A stretch of 64,000 nucleotides of DNA from Lentisphaeria bacterium (GCA_041690595.1 JAWLHB010000038.1:1-64000); one strand, 5' to 3'. Counted from the first letter of the stretch, positions 31,079 through 40,297 are shown. Program-made: numbers and translations. The notes: generated by a model from the letters alone, not told the origin.

Positions 31079-32502
31079 GACACACCATCCAGTCTCAAGG
31101 GAGTCAAGCCGTCGATAAAGGAGCAGGCGTCAACGAGCGCGTCGCCGACATGACCATAGGCCATCGCCGCATGATGAATAAAGGGACCCTCCATCAGCTC
31201 TCGTTCCCACCGCGGCCAGTTGTCCACCTCCATCCACACGTAGTTATTCAAGGTGAAGGGCCCTTCGATGGCCTTCCCCTGTCCGACGGCCAGGCGATAC
31301 TCGCCCCGATCCCCGTCGAAGCGAACGATCGTGATGGGGCCATCCTTCAGGCGGAAGTGCGGCATCCCCGCCAGCGGACTCGGCAGGATCCAGTGATGCC
31401 CCAGATGAAGCTGCGCGTCGGGATGCATCATCGAAAGCGGCGCCCCGGCATGCCACAGCAGCACCCCATTGTCGTTATCCGGATGGCGCATGGTAATGTC
31501 CGCCAGGAACGCGGCTCCATCCTCAAAGATCGCGCGGCGCAGCATGACACTGCTGATCGCGCCATGAATGTCCGACTCCATGGAGCCCCCGCTGCATTCC
31601 GCCCCGAAGCAGTTCGCGAAGAAGCAGTAGCTCCCCATCGCGTCCACCAGCGACATGAAGTCCTGCATCGCATAGCCGTCAAGGCCATCGTCGGCAATAT
31701 GCGCCAGAAGCTGGTCGCGCACCCCAAGCACCCGCATGAGCGGCTCGTCGTCATCGTAACCTTCGATCCTGGCCGCACGGCGCCATTCAGCCGCCTCGGC
31801 AAGGTAGGCGGCCCGATTCTCACTCAGACGCTGCCGGGCTCGCTCGATAAAGGTCACCATGTCGATCGGCAGGATCTCGATGTTGAACCGCTCCAGCAGC
31901 TCGCTTTCATTGATGATCGTCGTCCAGAAGAAATCGATGCGCTGCCCGATGAGACCGATGCGCATGCGCCCGCGAAAGCCGCGCGCCACGTTGACGGCGC
32001 GCAGAAAGCGGTCCACCCCCTCGCACAGCGGCGCATCGTCGATGCGGCAGTTCTCGATGTACGAAAAGGGCACGCCAAGTTTGTGAAGAACCTTGCTCGA
32101 AGCGAACATGCCGCAGAGGCTGTCGCGAAGCCGCGTGCCATCCGGCAGCGGCGCTTCATCGCGCGCTCCCCAGAGCAGGGTAGGCAGCTTCAGCTCGCGC
32201 CCAATCATCCCCACCGCCGACTCCGTACCGAAATTGCAGTGGGGCACAAAGAGGCAGTCGATCTCTTGCTGCCGAAAGTGCCGCACCACCGCGTCGACAT
32301 GCCCATGTTCACGGACCATGCCATCCTCCAGCACGCCATCCAGATCGACAAAGGGTATCTCCCAGCCGCGCAGCTTCTCCTGCAGCGCTTCCTTCTGACG
32401 CATCGCGTCCTCATGGCTGAAGACAAACTTGCCGATCGGGCACAGCCCCACAAGCGGCTTCTTCACATCGCCCATACGTGTCATACTCCCATTCATGACC
32501 AT
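31075..32502 (-). CDS. L-fucose/L-arabinose isomerase family protein
   Basis: GGAGAGGA SD before ATG 32502; NFGTE, DSLCG, ESDIHGA, LLWHAG and FIHH motifs. Confidence 0.85.
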   Translation of the reverse strand: MVMNGSMTRMGDVKKPLVGLCPIGKFVFSHEDAMRQKEALQEKLRGWEIPFVDLDGVLEDGMVREHGHVDAVVRHFRQQEIDCLFVPHCNFGTESAVGMIGRELKLPTLLWGARDEAPLPDGTRLRDSLCGMFASSKVLHKLGVPFSYIENCRIDDAPLCEGVDRFLRAVNVARGFRGRMRIGLIGQRIDFFWTTIINESELLERFNIEILPIDMVTFIERARQRLSENRAAYLAEAAEWRRAARIEGYDDDEPLMRVLGVRDQLLAHIADDGLDGYAMQDFMSLVDAMGSYCFFANCFGAECSGGSMESDIHGAISSVMLRRAIFEDGAAFLADITMRHPDNDNGVLLWHAGAPLSMMHPDAQLHLGHHWILPSPLAGMPHFRLKDGPITIVRFDGDRGEYRLAVGQGKAIEGPFTLNNYVWMEVDNWPRWERELMEGPFIHHAAMAYGHVGDALVDACSFIDGLTPLRLDGVS

Positions 32503-32654
32503 TATTCTTCCTCTCCACAAGTATACAGGCATCCGCCGCTCATGCAATCATCCCTCCCCCCGAAAACCTCGGTCCAATCCTCGGTTGAAGCCCATCCCCG
32601 GAACGCCACTCGCCGGAGTGCCCCTCCGCCACGCCCCATCCCAAAACCGCGATG

Positions 32655-32857
32655 CCGAAAGCCCAAAACCTCGGTCGAAAGCTCGGTCCCCGAACCGCCC
32701 GCCCCCCTGACCGATCGGCAAAAACCTCGGTCGAAAGCTCGGTCCCCGAACCGCCCGTCCCCCCGACCGAAAGCCAAAAACCTCGGTCGAAAGATCGGTC
32801 CCCGAAACGCCCGTCCCCCGACCGAAAGCCAAAAACCTCGGTCGAAAGATCGGTCCC
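32655..32857. repeat. Tandem array of ~3.6 x 55-56 bp
   Basis: Units start at 32655, 32711, 32767 and 32822 (CCGAAAGCCAAAAACCTCGGTCGAAAGMTCGGTCCCCGAA...); a partial copy lies near 32560. Confidence 0.92.
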
Positions 32858-33437
32858 AACGTACACCTCTTCCCATTCACCCATCCCCATGTCTCCCCTT
32901 TCTCCTGCACGACTCCAACCGCTCAATATAATCACAGATAACTCAAAAGTCAAGAGCAGTTGCCGAGAAAACTCCTGCCGCCCCCCGCCAGTCGTTCCGT
33001 CCCTTCATGCCCTTCATAGTCGTAGCCAATTCTTGCGCACCCATACCCATGCCGCTATGTTGCACAACATCAGGAAGCATTAGCTTTCCCCCTCCTGCCC
33101 AAGCGTTGACCAAGCTGTGCTCTGCCTCATCCTCCAACTCATCCTTCTCATCCTGCCGATCGTCATGGTCCGCCGGGGAGGAAGCATCTTCGTCTGGTGG
33201 TGCATCTTCTGGCTCGGGATTTCGTCCGTTTTCCTGATCGGCAAAGCGCGAAAAATGTCAATCTGCGCCTCTGCGCCAATTCTTCGCGCCTGCGCTTGTA
33301 CCCCTTCGCCAAGCTCCTATCTTGCGAAGGATGTGTAGCCAGGCCAGAATGCGTGTAGCACCTTACTTCAACAACTGCATACAGCACGCTCCGCACCGCC
33401 ACAAGCATTTAGCGGGACGTGAACAGGGGGAGCAACG

Positions 33438-34346
33438 ATGGCACAATCGGAACGCGCCGAGGTTGGTAGCCGCCATGTCTTCATCGTCACCGGGCGCATC
33501 AGTCAGACCGTCAATGTCTGCACCCCGGCCAATGAGCGTGGCGTGTACGACTGGATTGTTCGAATGACGCCACAGCGCTACGTCACCAAGACCGAGATTG
33601 AAGCGCACGCGGATATCGAATCCTTGATTTCATGGTTGACCAGTGGCCGGCTCGGGCAGATCGAGCAGCGTCCCACTGAAGAAGTGGCGGCGCAGCCCCA
33701 AACCTGCGAAACGATGCCAGAGGCTCCGCCAGTCGATGCGGATGACGCCGTTTGGGTCAAGCGTGCCATGCGAATGACCGAGATGTGCATCGATGAACTC
33801 GTCAGAGAGTTCCTGGAAGTTCCTTACCTTCACCGCGTCGAGCACTCCATTCACACTCGCTTGTATTCGATCCTGAGCACGCAACCCCACTTCGCGAGGC
33901 ATCTTCCCCTCGCCGAGGGCGGGATGGTCACGCAGCCCATACATAAGGAATGGCCTGAGTGCATTCCTCGCCCCGAGAAGAACAACCGTAGAGGCAATTT
34001 CGACCTCGCGATCCTTTCCCCGAAACGCCTGAGAAATTGTACCCTCAGAGATTTCAGCGAGGGTAGGGTTGTGCCACCGATCGGCATCGAAATGGGCTTG
34101 AATTACGGCGAAGGTCATCTGGCCCTTGATGCCGAGAAGTTGCTCAACAGTCGAATCCAACACGCCTACTTGGTGCACCTCGTACGCGGAATGCCCGATG
34201 ACCCGACCATTGCCACAACGATCGCTCGCCTCCGAAGCGAGACCAACGTAAAGGTAGCATTCGCTCGTTACGAGAACGGCAGAAAGTACGCCAAGTTGCT
34301 CAACGACCCTCAGATTCACGAGGTATCATCCGATGCGGATTGGTGA
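33438..34346 (+). CDS. Hypothetical protein, possible PD-(D/E)XK-fold nuclease
   Basis: GGGGGAG SD; HKEWP..GNFDLAIL..IGIEMGL..DAEKL resembles a restriction-endonuclease-like core. The ORF is solid, the function is tentative. Confidence 0.55.
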   Translation: MAQSERAEVGSRHVFIVTGRISQTVNVCTPANERGVYDWIVRMTPQRYVTKTEIEAHADIESLISWLTSGRLGQIEQRPTEEVAAQPQTCETMPEAPPVDADDAVWVKRAMRMTEMCIDELVREFLEVPYLHRVEHSIHTRLYSILSTQPHFARHLPLAEGGMVTQPIHKEWPECIPRPEKNNRRGNFDLAILSPKRLRNCTLRDFSEGRVVPPIGIEMGLNYGEGHLALDAEKLLNSRIQHAYLVHLVRGMPDDPTIATTIARLRSETNVKVAFARYENGRKYAKLLNDPQIHEVSSDADW

Positions 34347-34443
34347 TTTTGACCGAAGCGACTCCCAAGCTCAAGCATCAACCCAAGCCTGTCAGCACCA
34401 GCTGAATGAATCGTCATCGTCCCATTGCCTAAGGGCCACACAA

Positions 34444-35157
34444 ATGAAAATCACACCAGAGATCGCGGATACGCTGAAGTGCTATGTCTACGTCTACACC
34501 GATCCACGCACTGGCAAACCATTTTACATTGGCCGAGGCCGGGGGAGCCGCGTCTTCGCCCACTTGGACGACCTTGAAGATTGTGAGAAGACCGCGACCA
34601 TCAAGGCAATTAGAGATTCAGGGACTGAGCCACAGATCGATATTCTGCGGTACGGGCTATCCGAGTCGGAAGCAGCCCTTGCTGAGGCGTCTGCGATTGA
34701 TTTGGTGGGGCTTCGTAATCTGACGAATCGAGTAGCGGGATTTCATGTCCAATCATTTGGCCGGATCGGGTCAATGGAACTGATCCAGATGCTTCAGGCC
34801 AAACCGGTGACGGTGCGCCATCGGGCAATACTGATTACCATCAACCAGCTCTATCGCAGCGACATGTCAGCTGAAGAATTGTACGAGGCTACTCGCGGAA
34901 TTTGGGTTATCGGTTCACGCCGCGAGACGGCGGATTACGCTATGGCCGTATACCAGGGCATCGTGCGGGAAGTTTATCGGATCAAGACATGGCACCCTGC
35001 CGGAACATTACCATATCGCACCCGCGACCCAGAGGGGTTCATCGGGAGCGGTCGCTGGGAGTTCGAGGGTTCTGTAGCTTCCGATATCAGCGGTGAATAC
35101 GTCGGGTTCTCGGTGGGGCTCGGTGGACAGAATCCCATTCGCTACGTGAACATATGA
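34444..35157 (+). CDS. GIY-YIG (LEM-3-like) nuclease-domain protein
   Basis: YVYVYTDPRTGKPFYIGRGRGSRVFAH; AEASAID; LTNRVAG; LYEATRGIW; QNPIRY. Confidence 0.85.
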   Translation: MKITPEIADTLKCYVYVYTDPRTGKPFYIGRGRGSRVFAHLDDLEDCEKTATIKAIRDSGTEPQIDILRYGLSESEAALAEASAIDLVGLRNLTNRVAGFHVQSFGRIGSMELIQMLQAKPVTVRHRAILITINQLYRSDMSAEELYEATRGIWVIGSRRETADYAMAVYQGIVREVYRIKTWHPAGTLPYRTRDPEGFIGSGRWEFEGSVASDISGEYVGFSVGLGGQNPIRYVNI

Positions 35158-35199
35158 AATAGGCCGCCTTCCCCACCACTATCCCCACGGAGCACCCGA

Positions 35200-35571
35200 A
35201 TGCCGACCAGCTTTCTGAAGAAGAAGACCGACATGCCATCCAAGCACCTCGATCGCTGCCATGATGGCATCGGCGCCATTCACTGGATTGGCGTCGCGGA
35301 TGGCCAAGCACCCGGCGGCGAGCGATTGCGATTCATGCACGACGACATATTGCCGCCCGGCACCTCCATCGGCATTCACCACCACACCATCGACCAGGAA
35401 TACTACTACATCCTCTCCGGTCGAGGCGTGATGACCCTGGACGGACAAGAATACGAGGTGACCGCCGGGGATCTCGCCGCGGTTCTTCCCGGCGGATCCC
35501 ACGGATTGGCAAACGACTCAGACGAAGACCTGCGCGTCCTCGTCTTCAGCATCGCGGCTGCAGCCCAATGA
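35200..35571 (+). CDS. Cupin domain protein
   Basis: IGIHHH..EYYYILSGRG..PGGSHGLAN. Confidence 0.9.
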   Translation: MPTSFLKKKTDMPSKHLDRCHDGIGAIHWIGVADGQAPGGERLRFMHDDILPPGTSIGIHHHTIDQEYYYILSGRGVMTLDGQEYEVTAGDLAAVLPGGSHGLANDSDEDLRVLVFSIAAAAQ

Positions 35572-35752
35572 GCCCCGATCCGTCTGATCCGCCTGATCAG
35601 CCCGACCGCATTCCCCCTTGTCCGCGTTGTTGCAGCAAAGGACCCCAGGCACCACTTGCAGCGTACAAACTCTGGTCCATAGTAAACAGATCATCTTAAG
35701 GCATGTTTTATGCGCGGAAACGAAAAACCACATAGCAGGTCAAAACGACATC

Positions 35753-36547
35753 ATGCACGACATCCGCCCGAAGCGTCCCGCTGGCCGCGGGAAACTGCGA
35801 CCAAGCGGCGGTTACCGCAGAACCGCAAGCTTCCAGACGACTACGATCATCTATGATGCCACTTGGTGGTTCTGCGAGAAGTTCCTCGATCCGCGCTCTC
35901 GTATGGCTGACCAGATGGTGCAGGCGGCGCGGTCTGGGCGGCAGAACATTGCCGAAGGCAGTCGAGCCTCGGCAACCTCGTCGCAGACTGAACTGCGCCT
36001 GCTCAACGTGGCCCGGTCGAGCCAGGAAGAGCTGCTGCTGGATTTCGAGGATTTCCTGCGTCACCGCCATCTTTCCCTGTGGGCGGCCGATGGCCCGGAG
36101 GCACGTGCGGTTCGCGACGTGCCGAGACGTATCAAACAGGATCTGTCCGATCCGGCTGATCTGACCGAGCTGACCGATCCACAGCGTTGGACCCTATACG
36201 CCCATTGGCTGGAGCACAACGACCCGGCCGTGCGCGCAAACGCGATTATCTGCCTGATCCACCAGGCGAACTACCTGCTCGACCAGCAGATTGCCGCGGT
36301 GGAGGCGCAGTTTGTCAAAGGTGGCGGCTACAGCGAACAACTCGCCGCCGCCCGCCTGGTGGAACGCCAGCGAAAGCAAGATCCGTCCGATCCGCCTGAT
36401 CCGCCCGATCCGACAGATCACATTCCCCCTTGTCCGCGGTGCGGCAGCACCATGGTCCTGCGGACGGCCAAGGCCGGCCGGAATGCCGGGCAGCCTTTCT
36501 GGGGCTGCTCAGGCTACCCCCAGTGCAAAGGAACCGCGCAACCATGA
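35753..36547 (+). CDS. Four helix bundle (23S rRNA-IVP-like) protein with suffix domain and topoisomerase C4 zinc ribbon
   Basis: DQMVQAARSGRQNIAEGS; LLNVARSSQEELLLDFEDFL; ANAIICLIHQANYLLDQQ..F..GGYSE; CPRCGSTMVLRTAK..FWGCSGYPQC. Confidence 0.9.
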   Translation: MHDIRPKRPAGRGKLRPSGGYRRTASFQTTTIIYDATWWFCEKFLDPRSRMADQMVQAARSGRQNIAEGSRASATSSQTELRLLNVARSSQEELLLDFEDFLRHRHLSLWAADGPEARAVRDVPRRIKQDLSDPADLTELTDPQRWTLYAHWLEHNDPAVRANAIICLIHQANYLLDQQIAAVEAQFVKGGGYSEQLAAARLVERQRKQDPSDPPDPPDPTDHIPPCPRCGSTMVLRTAKAGRNAGQPFWGCSGYPQCKGTAQP

Positions 36548-36978
36548 TCGAAGACCCCAATACGCCAGTGGAGGCGCAGTTTGTCAAAGGTGGCGGCTAC
36601 AGCGAACAACTCGCCGCCGCCCACCCGGTGGAACGCCAGCAAATTCAAGATCCGTCCGATCCGCCTGATCCGCCCGATCACATTCCCCCTTGCCCGCGTT
36701 GCAGCTATATCAGCGTTGGGCAAGGGGCCTTGGTCGTCGCAGCGATGTTGCTTGGGCCACTCTTCTTCGTTTGCCTATTCAGGGGAAACTTCGAAAGGAC
36801 GCAACTATACTGGCGTCTGTCGGACAGCATTGGCCACGTTGGCATTACGGCACTCATTTTCAGCATGATGGCCTTTCTGCTTGTTGTCGTTTGCTGCCTG
36901 CGGCTTGTCTGTCTCCGCCTGGCTCGTAGACTGGACCGAAGAAGAACGACCAAAGGGCAGCCGGGGACAGAAGAGTAG
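36544..36978 (+). CDS. Chimeric ORF: copied four-helix-bundle C-terminal fragment fused to a two-TM segment (possibly non-functional)
   Basis: ATGA overlap; VEAQFVKGGGYSEQL..CPRC continues in frame into two hydrophobic stretches. Confidence 0.4.
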   Translation: MIEDPNTPVEAQFVKGGGYSEQLAAAHPVERQQIQDPSDPPDPPDHIPPCPRCSYISVGQGALVVAAMLLGPLFFVCLFRGNFERTQLYWRLSDSIGHVGITALIFSMMAFLLVVVCCLRLVCLRLARRLDRRRTTKGQPGTEE

Positions 36979-37118
36979 TCGCGAGAGGCCGGCCTCCGAC
37001 CTTCCTCCACCACCTCAGCTGCTTCATCCTGTCCCTCTGTGCACGGCCCCCTCCCCGTCGCCCCCGACCATGCTCGTCGCTATCCGCCCGCCACCGTCCG
37101 ACTCGTCTGAGGGGCAAC
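36951..37118. repeat. ~170-bp repeat element, copy 1 (copy 2 at 39443-39614)
   Basis: CAAAGGGCAG..GGGGACAG..GTAGTCGCGAG..CCTCAGCTGCTTCATCC..GTCTGAGGGGCAAC is shared; contains inverted GGGACAG/CTGTCCC. Confidence 0.85.
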
Positions 37119-37764
37119 CCAGCAGATTGCCGCGGTGGAAGAGCAGGTTGTCCAAAGCGGCGGCTACAGCGAACCACTCGCCGCCGCCCGCCTGGTGGAA
37201 CATTAGCGAAAGCAAGATCCGCCCGATCCGCCCGATCCGACAGACCGCATTCCCCCTTGTCCGCGCCCAAAACACGGCAGGGATAGATTGCTTGATGGCG
37301 AACCGGCAGAATAGATATTCCCGGCACCGAGAAGTTCCGTAAGTGCTTGAATAGTAATGGTTTGTGGATCGAAAGATTGCTTGATGGTTGCTTGATATTC
37401 TGGCGTCGGAAGCCGTCCGCGGGGGCACTCTCTCCGACACCAGCGCGAATACACCTGGCATGCGCCACGTGCCCTGCACGGACTCTCTTACCTTCACCCT
37501 CCGACCCGTCCGAAGCCATCAAGCCCCCTTGATCGCTGCCATGCCCGCAGCGGTTGCTGGTCCAACCCCTTCTGGAATCATCGGGTATCCCCTTGCAGCG
37601 TACTGTCGAAAGGCCATAGTAGTCCCGACAGGTTCACGCGGGCTTCGCCCTTCGAACTCGCGATTGATCCGGCATGAACAGGATGCAGAACCAGCCAGTG
37701 CGGCAGATAGCTACTCGCGCCAGCTGACCCGGCACCATTGGGCGATCAAAGTAGGAAGCGCATC

Positions 37765-39057
37765 ATGGACAATTACAGCAGTCTGCTGGATCACATTCAA
37801 TCGCTGAAGATTATCGATACCCATGAGCATCTGCCGCTCGAGTCAGAGCGCCAAAAAGAGACGGATGTTCTGGCGGAATGGCTCACGCACTACTTCTCGT
37901 GCGACCTTGTGTCCGCCGGTCTTAGCGACAAAGACCTCGCCACTGCTCGCGACAGCCGACAGGACATCCGCAGCCGATGGAAGCTTGTCGAGCCCCATTG
38001 GCATGCCGCCGAGAGCACAGGGTATGGACGATCTCTGGCCTTGGCTGCCAGAGACATCTACGGCATCGATGAGATCAATGCCCAAACGATTGAACCGTTG
38101 AACGCCCTCTTCAAGGATGCCCGAAAGCGCGGCGGACACTACCAGTTCGTACTCCGCGAAAAGTCCGGAATCGCTCTGTCGATCCGCGATTCCATGCCGA
38201 TTCCTTACAAGGAAACAGAGGACCCCTTTGTCTTCGCCATGCGAACAGACAATTTCATCTGTCCGGCTCACTACAGCCAGATGCGCGCCACCGCGGCCGA
38301 AGTGGGGCTTGAGGTCCATACACTTGCCGACTGGATGGACGTCACGCGCCGCCACATCGAGAAGCATCTGAGCGGACATTCCCGGGTCGTTTGCCTCAAA
38401 TGTGGCCTGGCGTATCAGCGCAGCCTGCGCTTTGACAAGGTCACACAGGCAGAAGCCGAACGCAGCTTCAATGAACTCTTCAGCGACCTCAACCTGCCAG
38501 ACTGGCGGCAGCCCATCAAGACCGCAAAGGCACTCGCAGACTGGATGATGCACTTCGTATGCCGTGTGGCTGACGACAACAACCTCGTATACCAGATACA
38601 CACCGGCCTCCAGGAAGGCAATGGCAACATCATCTATAACTCCAACCCGACGCTCTTGACGAACCTCTTTCTCGAGTATCGCAACGCTCGCTTTGACGTT
38701 TTCCACATGGGTTATCCCTATGTGATGGAACTCGGCAACCTCGCCAAGAACTTCCGCAATGTCTTCATCGACATGTGCTGGGGGCACATCATCAGTCCGG
38801 AAGCTGCTCGGCGTGCTATTGTCGAATGGCTGGATGCCGTCCCCGCCAACAAGATCAGCGCCTTCGGCGGCGACTACTGTTTTATCGATGGCGTCTATGG
38901 ACACCAGTACCTGGCCCGCCGGAACGTGGCAGCGGCACTTGCGCAGAAGGTAGCAGATGAGTCCATCTGCCTTGCTCGTGCCAAGGAAGTTGCCTCATGG
39001 CTCTTCGTCGAGAACCCCAAACGCTTATTCGGGCTCGATCGTTTCCTGAATGATTAG
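37765..39057 (+). CDS. Amidohydrolase family protein (amidohydrolase_2/uronate isomerase-like)
   Basis: IIDTHEHL, QIHTG, FHMGYP and FGGDY motifs. Confidence 0.9.
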   Translation: MDNYSSLLDHIQSLKIIDTHEHLPLESERQKETDVLAEWLTHYFSCDLVSAGLSDKDLATARDSRQDIRSRWKLVEPHWHAAESTGYGRSLALAARDIYGIDEINAQTIEPLNALFKDARKRGGHYQFVLREKSGIALSIRDSMPIPYKETEDPFVFAMRTDNFICPAHYSQMRATAAEVGLEVHTLADWMDVTRRHIEKHLSGHSRVVCLKCGLAYQRSLRFDKVTQAEAERSFNELFSDLNLPDWRQPIKTAKALADWMMHFVCRVADDNNLVYQIHTGLQEGNGNIIYNSNPTLLTNLFLEYRNARFDVFHMGYPYVMELGNLAKNFRNVFIDMCWGHIISPEAARRAIVEWLDAVPANKISAFGGDYCFIDGVYGHQYLARRNVAAALAQKVADESICLARAKEVASWLFVENPKRLFGLDRFLND

Positions 39058-39125
39058 GCAACCGCAACGTCGACGTCTATTGGAGGAGGAATAGCGGCTG
39101 TCTTCAGCAGCCAGATCCGCCAGAT

Positions 39126-39445
39126 TGCGCGCGAACGCGATTATCTGCCTGATCCACCAGGCGAACTACCTGCTCGACCAGCAGATTGCCGCGGTGGAGG
39201 AGCAGTTTGTCAAAGGTGGCGGCTACAGCGAACAACTCGCCGCCGCCCGCCTGGTGGAACGCCAGCGAAGGCAAGATCCGCCTGATCCGCCTGATCCGCC
39301 CGATCCGCCCGATCCGACAGACCACATTCCCCCTTGTCCACGGTGCGGCAGCACCATGGTCCTGCGGACGGCCAGGGCCGGCCGGAATGCCGGGCAGCCT
39401 TTCTGGGGCTGCTCGGGCTACTACCAGTGCAAAGGAACTGTGCAA
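39126..39445 (+). pseudogene. 5'-truncated duplicate of the four-helix-bundle gene C-terminus
   Basis: RANAIICLIHQ...FWGCSGYYQCKGT is near-identical to 36231-36540, with one extra 9-bp unit and no N-terminal domain. Confidence 0.8.
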
Positions 39446-39614
39446 AGGGCAGCAGGGGACAGGAAAGTAGTCGCGAGAAGCCGGCCTGCGTCCGCCGACC
39501 TACCTCCACGACCTCAGCTGCTTCATCCAGTCCCTCTGGCACGGATCCCCTCCCCGTCGCCCCCGAGCATGCTCGCCGCCATCCGCTCCCGTCCGACCCC
39601 GTCTGAGGGGCAAC
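39443..39614. repeat. ~170-bp repeat element, copy 2
   Basis: Diverged direct copy of 36951-37118, followed by the same junction (CCAGCAGATTGCCGC). Confidence 0.85.
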
Positions 39615-40297
39615 CCAGCAGATTGCCGCAGTGGAGGCGCAGGTTGTCCAAAGCGGCGACTACAGCGAACAACTCGCCGCCGCCCACCCGGTGGAACGCC
39701 AGCAAATTCAAGATCCGCCCGATCCGCCCGATCCGCCCGATTACATCCCCTTGTCCGCGGTGCGGCAGAACCATGGTCCTGCGGACGGCCAAGGCCGGCC
39801 GGAATGCCGACCAGCCTTCAGCGAAAGCAAGATCCGTCCGATCCGCCTGATCCGCCTGATCCGCCCGATCACATTCCCCTGGTCGCGGTGCGGCAGAACC
39901 ATGGTCCTGCGGACGGCCAAGGCCGGCCGGAATGCCGACCAGCCTTCAGCGAAAGCAAGATCCGTCCGATCCGCCTGATCCGCCTGATCCGCCCGATCCG
40001 ACAGATCACATTCCCCTGGTCGCGGTGCGGCAGAACCATGGTCCTGCGGACGGCCAAGGCCGGCCGGAATGCCGGGCAGCCTTTCTGGGGCTGCTCGGGC
40101 AATCCCCAGTGCAAAGGAACCGACCCCTCGCCCCACTCCAAACCATAGAAATCCTAACGGATTTCCCCCTGTCCGGCTAAAGAGCGTTGTTATTTCTATG
40201 CGAGTGCCTTGATATTGGCTCTTGAATAGAGCATTGTACAGTAGCTGCTACACGCTATATCGTAGAGCCAACCCATACTGCCATTGGAGAAGCAAGC

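Larger units (their letters stand above)
35577..40122 (+). repeat. Seven dispersed direct partial copies of the 3' end of the four-helix-bundle gene, each with a 9-bp GATCCGNCN array
   Basis: Copies at 35577-35626, 36568-36705, 37119-37265, 39126-39445, 39615-39818, 39819-39946 and 39947-40122 match parts of 36231-36540. Confidence 0.95.

Noticed and set aside
32655..32857. CRISPR array, or the ORFs called across it
   Set aside because: Inter-core segments are near-identical rather than unique spacers; the ORFs are translations of the repeat.
33117..33338. Small hydrophobic ORF
   Set aside because: It could be a membrane-protein fragment, but there is no clear start or SD and no recognisable family.
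33366..33415. attC-like site before the 33438 gene
   Set aside because: The left part (AACAACTGCATACAGC) is suggestive, but no complementary right arm is present.
35753..40122. Diversity-generating retroelement (Avd-like gene plus repeats)
   Set aside because: There is no reverse transcriptase in the window, and differences between 36231-36540 and 39126-39445 include C>A, T>C, G>A and C>T as well as A>G, so they are not adenine-specific.
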